DNA of 63,787 nucleotides, filler included, from Phoronis australis (lineage: Eukaryota; Animalia; Phoronida), in assembly GCA_002633005.1 (NCBI GenBank). It is 8 parts of 8 records of this genome, joined end to end, with 100 filler letters (N's around TTAATTAATTAA, not from the genome) between each part and the next. Parts side by side here need not be neighbours in the genome. Positions count along the whole stretch, not along the records: positions 1 to 29,905 come from NMRA01000898.1; 7 more parts are not named here. One strand, given 5' to 3'. Under the pieces are notes generated by a model. It searched no databases, had not been told where the DNA came from, and was given only the letters and a program-made list of their open reading frames with translations. A program made the translations under genes and the position numbers. Positions 1 through 12,911 of this stretch are shown in pieces (the first letter of the stretch is position 1; every line of letters begins with the position of its first letter).

Positions 1-1071
<1,071 letters not shown>

Positions 1072-2177
1072 ACGGTACATAAATATAATCCCTGATCTTT
1101 TTTCTTTCAGAAAATATGTACTTTTACTAGTTGATAAAGCCTGGTTTTTTGATATACGAGTTAACGTTTAAGATAACCCTGTTGAACTTCTTCATCGCTA
1201 GGTGCTAGTGCTTAGGCCTAAGTGACGTGTTATTTACCACAAATTAAAATTCGCGAAAGCGTAATTCCGTAAACTTCTGTTGGTCTCTGTTCAGTTCCGG
1301 GTGGAGCGACAATGTCCACTGAGATGGCTAAGTGCATAGCCAAATAACCAGTGAAACTTCTCAGTTTACCTCAAAAAAACGCTGTTAGGAATTTTTGATT
1401 ACTCATTTGGTTTTGTTCCTATGCCATATTAACTCGCAAAACGCAAAGTATTTTTTGTAAAAAACATAGCAGTCGTATTCATCTATGTTTCGGTATGCAA
1501 AAACTACATTTTTAAAAGAAAATACGGAAAGCTTTTCGTCCTGACAACATCCTACTAAAAGTGGGTGGGTATGTTGAGGGGGAGGGGCGGGTGCGTGTGT
1601 GTATGTTAAGAGTGACAATGGCTTGATTTTTTTTTGTCTTACATGTCTTTGTATTCATGTTCTGTATACAAAAAAATTGGAAAGTTTCAGTGAAAGTCAC
1701 CAAGCTGTTTTCGAGAACCCGTGCTCCTAAGATCAAATTACAGTGGAACTTGCAGACTAGTTCCTTATTATATGTGTGATTGCGTGGCCAAATTAGTCGT
1801 TAGAATCACAACATATAACGACTATGTGAATATGATGAAGTAGGCTGAAATTTGCCAAATGATTGGTTCAACTTTGTGGCGAGAATCATCCGCCACAAAT
1901 CATTGAACTGTATCCGGTAAGTATCGTGAAGTGGTGCTTGGGAATAACATTGCATGATGCGGGCTATGTGAGCCCCCAAGGCATGTTGCTAAAGAAATGC
2001 AAATGTCAAACTTTTTTGTTTTCACGTTTACAAGTTGTCATTGAATACAACTGCACTTCGTTTAGCGGAGAATATGTTAAAATAACATTGTCGTTTAGTA
2101 CCAATTATACATTTACATAGTTGGAGCATGCAAATGCATCTTCAGTCGATTTGCCAAAGCTGAAAAAAGCCCTAAAC

Positions 2178-2741
2178 TATGATGGGCCGTTGGGGGAAAG
2201 TGTCACGGGAAATATACGAGCGTAATTATGTACATTACGCAGTTATTTACGGCGTTATTTACGCCGTTAATTACGTCGTAAAATTACGCTCGTAATTTAG
2301 TTTAAACTCTTAGCCAATGATGTTGCGCGTGCTCATGGAAATACTTATCTACTGACGGGTTACATGTCTACGGTACGAGCACTGAATCATGGCGGATCAA
2401 ATCGCTGCTGCAATGTCAGCGATTGTGCAAGAACGAGCTGCCTAGCAACAGTCGTGTATGTTAGGTCAACACTGACTGGTTTAAATTTGGAACGTTCTTA
2501 AGGTATTTTACGAGCGTAATTTACGGCGACATTTCCCCCATTAAATTTACGAGCGTAATTTTACTGCAGCACTTTTGCAATTTAATTTACGCTCGTAATT
2601 ACGAGCGTAAATTTACGGTTAAAACTTTTCCCCATTTAATTTACGAGCGTAATTGTACGGCGACACTCCTGCAATTTAATTTACGCTCGTAATTACGAGC
2701 GTAATTTTACGGCGACACTTTCCCCTCAACGGCCCACCATA
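2178..2741. mobile_element. Non-autonomous TIR element (MITE) with 6-bp TSD
   Basis: Left end TATGATGGGCCGTTGGGGGAAAGTGTC; right end GACACTTTCCCCTCAACGGCCCACCATA; flanked by CTAAAC at 2172-2177 and 2742-2747; many internal TTACGAGCGTAA/TTACGCTCGTAA repeats. Confidence 0.85.
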
Positions 2742-3761
2742 CTAAACGTTACAAGTCGTCTAAGATTTTCGATTAATTATTTGGTAAAAACTTGTTTTGG
2801 TCAGAATATCATAAACATGCCATTACCTCAGCGTTACCTATTTCAACATCCATTCGTGATGTCAACTGAATTTGCAGTGTGTAACTTAATTATCACTAAA
2901 GCAAAAAATTTTGTACGCCGAACTTTCGGTGCCTTGTCGACCTTGATCAAACACGGAGTCATCAGTAGGTAGGTCAACAGTTCATTGTGATGCACATCAT
3001 GCACCGGGGAGACTGATATCAAGAAAACAAGTACTAAATGAACAACAGAAATCAATTTGGTGGTTAAGGTGTGCTGTGAGCACTAGATCAGAACAGCCAA
3101 ACGTTAAATAACCGATGATATTAATGAATTTGGGGAAGTTGATTTGCGCAATTGTGGATGGTGTGTATTGTCATCCATACATTGCGCAAGAACACGCATT
3201 CTCTCTCATTTTGCCTTTGTGTATGCATTAAATTAAATGGTTAAGGATTGGCTACCATACCATACTCACATTTTCACGAAAACAACAAGATGCAATAAAT
3301 CAAGGAGACTTGAACTCGCGTGATTTTAAACAAAATTGGTTTTGTTTACGATTATTGTACAATTGTACTTTTCAAAGATGAAGGTATAATATGAAGTGTC
3401 ACCTATTCCCTGTTTTATCGCAAAATGGTCTTAAGTATTCCAAGTGGATGGTGTGAGACGGCGTGTATGAGAAGTGCCTGTTGCATTTTTCCATCTGAAT
3501 TATAAGTGTAGGGATCACCGGCGAAAAATGTAGTGACCCAGAACGAGGCTTTTCTTTAACCTTTTTCTGATAGACGGATACCGTAGATTATCTCTGCAGA
3601 TACGTCACATTGCAATGGATGGATTGTGTGATGTCGGTCATCCAAAGCAAAACGCAACCAATGAAAGCAGAGCACCAATCCAACAGGTGGCCTGGATGAC
3701 GGATAATTTGCAAATCGTAAAAATGCCAATGAAAAACACGAGACAAATGCAATGAAATTAC

Positions 3762-5060
3762 CTGCTACGCAACCTTCTTCCTCCTTAATTGACGTTTTGT
3801 TCTCATGGCAGAAGGAGAAAGTCCACAGACCTTTCGCTGCCAGCAATACCACCTCGTCTTCATCTCTTGCAAGGCATTTCATGTACAGCGGAAGGAACCC
3901 AAGTCGAACAATGGTCTCATTGTTACTGTTAATTACGGCCAGCTTGTTTAATCCTTCCAAGAGCTCAGAAATGGAAAATCCATCACCACGGCCGTCTGTA
4001 TTTTCCACTGCCAAATCTAATCGTCCTTTTAGAAACTCCATACATTGTAGCGATGCATTGATTTTTTCCTTGTCATCTGAGTCATGATCAATTGTATAAG
4101 ATAAAGTCAGGATAGCCAAAGTTTTGGCGAGCATGTTTTCAGTTGTGGTATATTTTTCAACAATTTCAACTGTCTTTATACGTAACTCTTCATTCAAAAC
4201 TACGTGTCTGACAACATTATTCACAATCGCCAGTCCACTGATGATGACGCGATGCATGTGTTGCGTTGTCGCATCTTGCTCTCCATGGTTTTTTAAAATA
4301 ATGTTTGGTGTGAATTCGTCCCATTCATCACTCATTTCAAGTTGACGCTGGAAGACAGTACTGCCAAGCAATTTAATAATGTCATCCACGACCCGATATT
4401 TCACTAAGTGTTGACAAAATTTATCTGAGGTATCCGTAGCATTCCACACTATGAACAACAAGAAAGCATGACCGACATACAAAAATTGTTGCGATGCATT
4501 AAGCGTATCCTCGATTGTGTAGCATTCCGTGTCGTTGATTTTCTGCAAAAGTTTACAGCATATGTCATCTATGAAACCTTTTTCAATGAAAATCTTACAT
4601 ATCTTTTCTCGATTCTCTCGTGGTGAGATGTGACTACTTAATGCACCCAAGCGTAGTACATACCTCAAATTGGCACAGTCCATTTTTCTGAGTTCAGAAA
4701 TGCTCAGTTTCACCAGCTTAGATATGTATGCGAACCTCTCCGTGTGTTCAGCTGTATTTGATATTATGTCCTCGAGCTGATCAAAGTCTTCAAACTCCTC
4801 TTCGTCACTGTCAGAATTTTCTTCAATGTCTTCTGATGATTCCACATCAGAACTAGTCTCTGTACCATGTTTTGCCTCATCAGCTACAACAGCCGTAGAA
4901 TTGACATGTACCACATCGCTCCTTCCTTCGGCTGATTTGTTACTTTCGAGAACTTCAACACTCGTTGACTTGCACACTAATGGAGCAGTGCCCATGGTCG
5001 CCCACACTTCTTTCCCACAGATGGAAGCGGCACAGCAATAGCACAAGACAGACAATTCTT
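3762..5060 (-). CDS. Large coding exon of an armadillo/ARM-fold protein resembling the N-terminal part of invertebrate ARM-TIR(-SAM) proteins
   Basis: Open frame of about 430 codons; acceptor ttccattttcag|A at 5060; donor GCAG|gtaatt at 3762; Kozak-like GCGACCATGG at 4995 (MGTAPL...); acidic N-terminal tract then helical repeats with GFSISELLEGLNKLAV...LLAAKGLWTFSF..ENK. ORF text after GCVA is intron read-through. No downstream exons recognised in the window. Confidence 0.75.
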
Positions 5061-5316
5061 CTGAAAATGGAAATATCAGATTACTTTTGGAATGAGAAAT
5101 TCACTTAATATTTTTATCATTACTTTACTTTGTGGAACTTAAGAGTTCACCGACCCATAATTCACGATAATATCTACAAACTTTATAAACACGTACACAG
5201 CCATTGCAGATTCAATATTTCACATCTGACAAGCAATGCCCTTCGTACATACGTTGAAACAACAGAATGAATGTTCATAGCTGGCGCCAGGGGGTAGAGT
5301 AGTTACCTATCCGTTT

Positions 5317-5900
5317 GTGTTTGCTACGGCTGACCATCCCCCATTACTGTGGTACCGCTACGTAGACGCACTTTTGTCAAGATCCAGGAGTAGTGAATTT
5401 CTAGTTCACATCCACTCTGTGGACAATCACATCAAGTTTACCATTAGCAACCATCGGATGACAAACTTCTGTTTCTTGACAAGTGCATACATATCAACGA
5501 GGATTGCAGTATGAAGGTCACTATCTACGGGAAACCTACCCACACGGATCTGTACCTGAATTTATGCTCAAACCATCATCTCCACCATAAAAGTTCAGCC
5601 GTGTGTACACTTTTAAACAGAGCTGGACAATTAGTAACAGAGGAAAATGACAAACATCTGGAATTGACTAGAATTAAACATGTGTTACGTGACAATGACT
5701 ACTCCGACAGGATGTTCGATCCCAGACCCAATGTGTCTCTAAGAAGGCTGACCCTAGGTACCAGACTAAAAGAAAAATTCCGCATATCATCTGGCAACCC
5801 TACAGCCGTAGCAGAACACCGTATCAGAAAAGCAATCGAAATAATGAACAATAAACCAAAATTGAACAGAGGAAGTGCATATAAATTATTAGCTATCTGC
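5317..5900 (+). mobile_element. Penelope-like retroelement remnant (RT C-terminus and GIY-YIG end), internally deleted
   Basis: PPLLWYRYVD, HIKFT, YGKPTHTDLYLN..SNHHLHHK...TLLNRA, then IRKAIEI...KLNRG; frameshifted. Confidence 0.8.
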
Positions 5901-5934
5901 TGTCTCCTCGCAAGTAACAGACACCTGTGTGCTT

Positions 5935-6950
5935 CAAAAGAGCATCCCCATGACTTCTTACAATTACAATCTTACCTACACAAACTCTATTACTGGTCTC
6001 ACAAATGGAAGATGAAATTTAAACCTGAAAAAAGTGTTGACCTCATATTTTCTAAATCTAATAATACTCATTTCCAAACAAATCCAATGCTGGACCTATC
6101 ACTCAATGGGGAAGTTATTCCCAAAAAGCTCACACATAAACCCCTTGGCTTGCATTTACTCCTCACTGTCGCGAACTCGTTCATAAAGAACAAAAATAAA
6201 TCAATCCAACCAGAATCGTCTCTCGTCATCTCAACTCCATCCATCTTGAAACTCTGTTCATATCTGTGACATAAACTACCAATCAGCAAACGCAGGCATA
6301 CTTCTTCAATTAGAAAGACTGCAATATCACGCAGCAGGAGCATAAAAAGGATCCAACACAATCAAGGTTCTAAATATTCTCAACTGGAGCAAACTAGCAA
6401 CTCTCCTAAATTCTACCTGTTCATGTATACATTCAAAGTCTTATACAACATAAACAATTATTCAAACAAAATCCTCTTTGGCTCCTACAAAAGATTTAAC
6501 TCAAGACCAGGACGGCGGCAAAGTAATATATATACTATACCATCTTCCCTCAGCCGAGCCTTCAGGGGATCTACGATATTTACTTTCATTGAGAACTGGA
6601 ATTCCTTACCACGCAAAATAAAGGGAAGCACTTCAGTAGTCACTCTCAAAAATAACTTTAAACTGCATATCACTACTCAAGATTTGCCAGTCCCATTAAC
6701 ATTCCAATTTCCTTGCAACCATGAAATAGCCCTATACAGATCAAGATGAGGACTATTTGCAAACAACAACAAATTTAGACATAATTTTAACAATATTTCA
6801 CCTCTGTGTTCCTGTGGAGACACTAAGACATATGGTCATGTTTTCTTTGCTTGAGCAATATGCAGGGGGCATAGGGTACAGCTTTTCCAGGCACTCGAAC
6901 AATACCCCAATGTTTACAAAAAATATTCAGATCTTCCTCAAATGTATGAA
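5935..6950 (+). mobile_element. 5'-truncated non-LTR retrotransposon (CR1/L2-like) RT C-terminal remnant
   Basis: LQLQSYLHKLYYWSHKWKMKFKPEKS, HKPLGLHL and later TFIENWNSLP motifs, disrupted by frameshifts. Confidence 0.7.
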
Positions 6951-9900
6951 AACGTATTGATACCACCTGAGCGTAAAATCGCTGCCATTTTGTTTGGTTG
7001 TTTTTGATTCACAATATTTCATACAAATGTGATTGTATATTATCCAAATGTTTAGCTCTTGTACTTCTTTGCATCTCCCGCAGGTAGCACCAACTGCCCC
7101 GGCTAAATGCGAAGACTTCGCCAAATTTCAACAATGACACACACTATTACAATAAATTAGAGGCAAAGCTTTGAAATCTCATCGCAACACCGTGGAGCTA
7201 ATGCAAAGTATCCGCGGCTACAGCCAGCGCACTTCGTACTTTGGCCAATCGGCCACGGTTGAGTGGGCCGTTCAAAATGTAAAACGGTAGGAAAATCTAT
7301 ACAAAGTGATATAACAAAACAAAATTTTCGATCTCAAATAGTGAGCTCGTCACCTGCATTGTAATAACGCGAACATGTGCTTGATTTTTGCCTGCCAGCC
7401 ACCAACAATGAGACGTTTCCCCCAGATTTGCCATAGGTCACTTTGCCGCGAAAGACCATCACTTGCTATGAATTGGGCTTTACATTTCAATTATCAAACA
7501 AAACATATTTCAAAACTTGAGAAAAGTTTACAACCAATACCGCCGTTGTGAAAAATTAAAAATCCTTTAATTAATTGGAAGAAAACGCAAACTGACCAAA
7601 AGGTGGCGCTCAAAGAGGAACAGTGTACTGAACTGTAGATTATGCAAAAATGTCAGCGATGAGATATTATTCTAGTGTTAGGAGCATCACGCAGCATTTT
7701 TAAAAAATCTGTTGGTCACACGAATTTAAGCTATTCAAGGCTCGCAGAGTCAAGAGTTCATTCCGCGTGGAGACGTGTTCTCGGGAGCCCGGCGGCATCC
7801 CGTAGTAGCCTATTTGGATCCAGTTGGCCGAATAAAAAGGGTTTCTTATATTTTAAAGTCATTAATACTAATGCTATACCATTTGCCAACATATCGACTT
7901 TTCTTTCTGAAGTTATTTCTCCAGCAGTTGGTATACACGCCGTCGTTCATGCTGGAAGTTGGCCGCCTTGCCAAGACGCCGGATACGCCGGGGGTGGAGA
8001 ATTACTTTCCAATTCTGAGAAAATTTCAAGATTTTATGAATCACTTGATAATAGTTTGCTTGTCATAACCATCGACAGTAATGGGTGATTTTTGCCTGCT
8101 TGATCTTTGCTCTGGCCGGTCACGGGCTTTCGCTGCCGAATAATGGTGGTTTCTTAGTTTCTCCCTGTTGAAATTTATTTTAATATTATTTTTCGCCAGT
8201 TGTCGGAACACCCTTACTGTAAAGCAGTTTTACGTAGTATTTTGATATTGCATGTTCGTTGTTGTTTACTGTTTACCCAAGTTAATTACTCCAAGTCAAA
8301 CACACTTAGCCCAGCCGAATAGATGGCCTTGTTTCTTGTTAATCAATGGTTCCTGAAATGAATTTTTCTTCCGATTTCGCGGCAAATCTAAAATGGCAGA
8401 ATACTACTCGTCCCCAGATCGTGAGCAATGAGGATTTTTATGAACTTTTCGCCTACGGATTTCGTTAAGATTACCTCGTTATAATATAATCAACACCCTG
8501 GTAACCGTTGAAATCACGTGCAAGTTTTCTTATTGAAGACATGAAATCCAAAATGAAATATACCTTTCTAAAAGCACTAAGAAACTATAACAGCAAACAG
8601 TTTTGATATAATTTAGGGTAAGCATAAAATCTACCTTGTCTTGGGTAGAACTCGTCTCTCTTATGGAACACCTGGCTCTGTTTACTGCGACAACGCTGAT
8701 GGCTTTCAAATAATAGTGGCTAAGAATCATTGTACAGGTTATGCCCTGGAAATTTTCGGGGAATTCATACACTTTCAGTTTTAAACCAAAACCACCATAG
8801 TTTCGCTAGTTTCCAGGTCGTACACATAAGGCGTGCAAGAAAACTACCAATAGCTGTTCAATTGAGTCAGTGCATCCCTTCTTCTGCATGCACAGTTAGT
8901 TATCTTGACAAAATTTAATAATGCCTGTTCTCACAATGAAGAAAGTACTATGATAACCTCATTGTATATTGATGTTTGTTATTTTCCTTGTTGGTACGTT
9001 CCCAAGGCACGTATTGACAAAAACATATCAACTGTATTACAAAACATATCAACTGTATTACTGTCATCGATTAAATAGAGAGTGTAATAAGATAGCGTCA
9101 CTCCATCGAGCGTTTAAAGAAAACAGAAACAAGATGGAGCTATATGTTTGCACAATGCCTGTCAATCAATGGATCCCCATGAGGACCTATAAATTCTTGA
9201 TAGTATAAGGTTTTTTGTTTCATGTTACGGTGGCCCCCTGAAGCATTTCACCTGGGTTGTAATCTTGTAAACCTTGAGCGTTTTTTTAAATATACAAATT
9301 AATTCGACATTATGCAAAATTCTCCTTTTGCTTATAACTTCCTTAGCAAGGTAGATTATTTTGACTTTTTACTTATTTTTCTAATAAAAAATAATTTCAG
9401 GCGGTCTAATACACGTTGTACCAGACGTGTGCAGGCCGCTCATGAGGGTCCGTTGCACTGATCACCGAGAACCATTTTTATGCTTCATAATCTACAGTTG
9501 AAACCGAGCTGAGGAGCTAGACACCTGGCTCAAGGGTCTAGCATTGTGCGCCAGTGGATTTGAACCCATGACCTTGACTAAAAGAAGCGGACTGAAATTG
9601 CTTCTTATGTTTCCAAGGTCAGCTAGTTTACAGGTGGATGAATCGGAATTTGCATAATTTATGCAAATTAAGGCTGCCATTATTTAAAAATCTACTTGTA
9701 TAAAAATCACCGGCAACGGTAAAGACATGACCAGTTCTGTAAAATGTACAGTATATGTTTTTTAAATACCAACTAGTGCTGTGTAAGTGTGGCATTATAT
9801 TTATCATTCTGAGAAAATTGATCGTCAAGGTATCTAAGTTCTAAGGATATTTCTCCCTGTTCATTGCGTTAAATGTCTTTACCGTTACTTGTCCAAAGTT

Positions 9901-10225
9901 GGGTTTGATAAAATCAAAACCTTGTATTTATCAGAAAAATTACTCCATAGCTTTGAATTTTAATTTTAAAGTACTTATAACAGAGTAAATAGCCAAAATG
10001 ATAAGGAGAATGTTATTATTTTTGAAATAAAATTTTCAAAAATGTCTTGTATTTTCTGTCGTCCATGTCTTCACCGTTACCCTAATCATGCCTTTTCCCT
10101 TGTATTACAAGTCAGTCCCAATTGTACTAGGTGTCACTGTTCGAAGAAAAGACCAGGATGTAAAGAAGCCATTTTGTTCGGTGGCTGTGAAAGGACGGCA
10201 CGGCAACTTTTTTCTCCGTTGTTAA

Positions 10226-10297
10226 CTCTATCGATAGACTTAATAACTATATCGATAGAGTAAGTCTATCGATAGAGTTAGTAAGTCTATCGATAGT
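10226..10297. repeat. Four copies of the palindrome (C)TATCGATAG
   Basis: ctctatcgatagac...tatatcgatagag..ctatcgatagag..ctatcgatagt seen directly. Confidence 0.85.
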
Positions 10298-11140
10298 AAA
10301 AGAGCGCTTATTTATTATTTATTATGTTTTACATTTCACTATGAAAAGCATGTCTTTACCGTTACAATTTCGGGTAACGGTACAGACATATTATTAACGG
10401 CAAAGACAAGTTTAATTATTTTAATGTCTAATCAGTTCATCATTAAACTGAATAGTTAATTATTTGTAAAATTTCTACATTACAGTTCCTTAGTAATAAT
10501 AAACTAGAGTTCACAATTAATATACAGTAACTGCTCTGCAATTGTTCACATTCTATTTTTAGCATACTCAAAATTATTTAAGAAGAACCATATTTTACCT
10601 TCCCATTAATTCGCACATGGTTCGCTGAAGGGATATTATTACTTTCTGCTAATCCGCGCGATTGTATATTAAATTGCTTATGCTGGTTGTACACATTAGT
10701 TTCTTATACTTTTGAGTTGAGCGCATTGAGATGGTCCGGTATAGCACCAAACACTCCTGGGAAACCCTGCTTCCAAAAAGAACAATTCTACCTATATTTG
10801 CACCTCAGTTATTTTTCACTTTCTTTAATTTAGCATATCAGAAGTTCAAAACTTCAGCACTAGTCTTCTCTTTTCAAACACCCTTGTTTCCTACAAAAAG
10901 TACTTATTCTATTTTGTGCGAGAATTGTAAAGCGGTTATCGTACTGTCATTGAGGGGGTTTGATACTGTAACAGTTTTAATTTATCAATAAATTCTTTTT
11001 AAATATTCAGTTTCTTTCTATTGGGTCTTTGCCTACAACACACTCTGCAAAATAAATGGGGGCCAGTGACTTAGTTTTCCAGTACAGCCGCGCGACAGAA
11101 ACATAACATGCAAAAGTGTGAAATTTACATGGTCACTTAA

Positions 11141-12097
11141 AGTGTACACAACATGACTCTTGTACCTCAAAATAAATTTTATTATCATATCTTACTAGAT
11201 TTCAGTGCCTTTAGTGCACAGCTCATAAAGAAACACGCAAAAATTGAAAAAAAATTATGTACAACGTCATGGGTTGAACCCTAGTCGTTCGCCATACTGT
11301 TCGGATCAGAGACAAAGTGTATTGAGTGAAGAGAAAGCAAAATACATTTAGCGTCGAGAAGGTTCGTAGAGGGATCAAAAGATGTGTTTCCGGAGGCTGC
11401 AGCAACAGTAGCCAGGCGGAGAACGTCTCGGTGCTCCGAAGGATACCAAAGTTGCGCAGAAGTGGCATCGCTTCGTGCGCCGAACGAGTGTGTGGGACGT
11501 CATCGTAGACCAAGCGATTCGGTCCGGGGCCACTCTGTGTTCTGCCCACTTTGAGGACTCTCTTTTCGACTTCAGTCCCAAGAGACGTTATGATGAAGGC
11601 CTGGTTCACTAAAGGACAACATTTATCATTCAGAAACATCAGCTCTTAGTTCAGGATCGTCTGTTGGATGACTGGGTTGACTCGCCGAGCCCGAGGCCGC
11701 TTCTCTCGCGGAGGACCCAGTTCGTAAGGCTCAAAGTAGAAAAGTACGCTGCCGGAAGCACATTAAACTTATTCTCGCTTTCGTGAAACCCCATTTCCTC
11801 ATCCTGGCCACCATTCCCGCACGTTTCTTCATAGTATTCGTTCAATTTTTGCTCATAATCGTCGTCGCTTTCAAATTCCCTCCTTTCCGCCATTGTTCAA
11901 TGCTAGTCGCTAATCTCTTGTGTTCAACCCATGACGTCACATGACGGGAAATGTGAAAATTGGCAAAATTGAAAGAGAAATCAAAATTTCGAGCTAATTA
12001 CACAAAATAAACATGGGTTTAGCTAAATTTTACCTCATAAATTTAGTTTGTGGCCACCGGTAATTCAAAATGTGCAAAAATCCATGGTGTGTACTGT
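11141..12097. mobile_element. Non-autonomous Kolobok-like element nested in the Sola2-like transposon
   Basis: TTAA on both sides; imperfect TIR AGTGTACACAACATG / CATGGTGTGTACTGT; inner inverted repeat ACGTCATGGGTTGAAC (about 11263) / GTTCAACCCATGACGT (about 11922); convergent THAP fragment (+) and acidic KolX-like ORF start (-, 11893). Confidence 0.75.
11378..11610 (+). pseudogene. THAP zinc-finger fragment
   Basis: KRCVSGGCSN, frameshift, KDTKVAQKWHRFVRRT...ATLCSAHFEDSLF (C2CH THAP pattern). Confidence 0.8.
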
Positions 12098-12911
12098 TTA
12101 ACTACGGTAACCCCCTGTAATCAAATAAACAGAACTCTTTTTGAAAACAGAATAGTTTCGTTGCCAACGTCATTTTTATGTTTTAAAAGCTCAAATTATA
12201 TTTCCCAGAATATCAATTTTTTCGCCATTGTAAGAAGATATTATTGTCAATTTTTGCCGTCTCAAATTGTAGCAATTTAGTTTTTTTCACATTAAGTTAC
12301 TTTGATGAACTTTTTTCTTCTACTTCATTTTGATGCCCCATGTTACGTTATGTAAAAAAGAAAAACAAATATGGGTGTCGCTGATTTTTTTGCAAAATAG
12401 CCTTTCAGTTGCAAGACTAGGAAACAGTGTAGTTTCATTTCATTAGACGTTGATTATTTATATTGATGTTGTTTTCGATCATGAAATAAAATATAAAGTT
12501 ATAGTGAATGAATTACGACGAGAAATTTATCCTAAAGTAATTTCAGATTTATAGTTTTGGTGTGACATTGAAATAGACTAAACTTGTCTTTTTTCAAAGT
12601 GTGTTGAATCCCCTTCAATGAAATACTGCTGTGATATGAATAACGATAAGAACTAGAATTCATAGTCACAATAGATTGCTGGTAATTGTAACAAATAATT
12701 AAATTATACTTTAGTAACGTTTTTCACAGCCACTCTAAATAAAGAAAGCAAACCATGTTAAATTAATATGGAACTCATTTGTTGTATTTTTAGAAGAGAA
12801 GAGACCAACACTTTAGTTATTTGCCTATTAATGTCACTAAAACGTTACTATCTATTGCATTAAAATGACGTCTATCATATACACAGCAATTTTATCATTA
12901 CAGTGTCAAAA

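Noticed and set aside
2178-2741. CRISPR-like array or replication iterons
   Set aside because: Irregular spacing, both orientations, no unique spacers; enclosed by TIR and TSD in animal DNA.
3556-3761. C-terminal about 68 aa of the 499-aa ORF
   Set aside because: Follows a good GT donor and loses ARM-like character; intron read-through.
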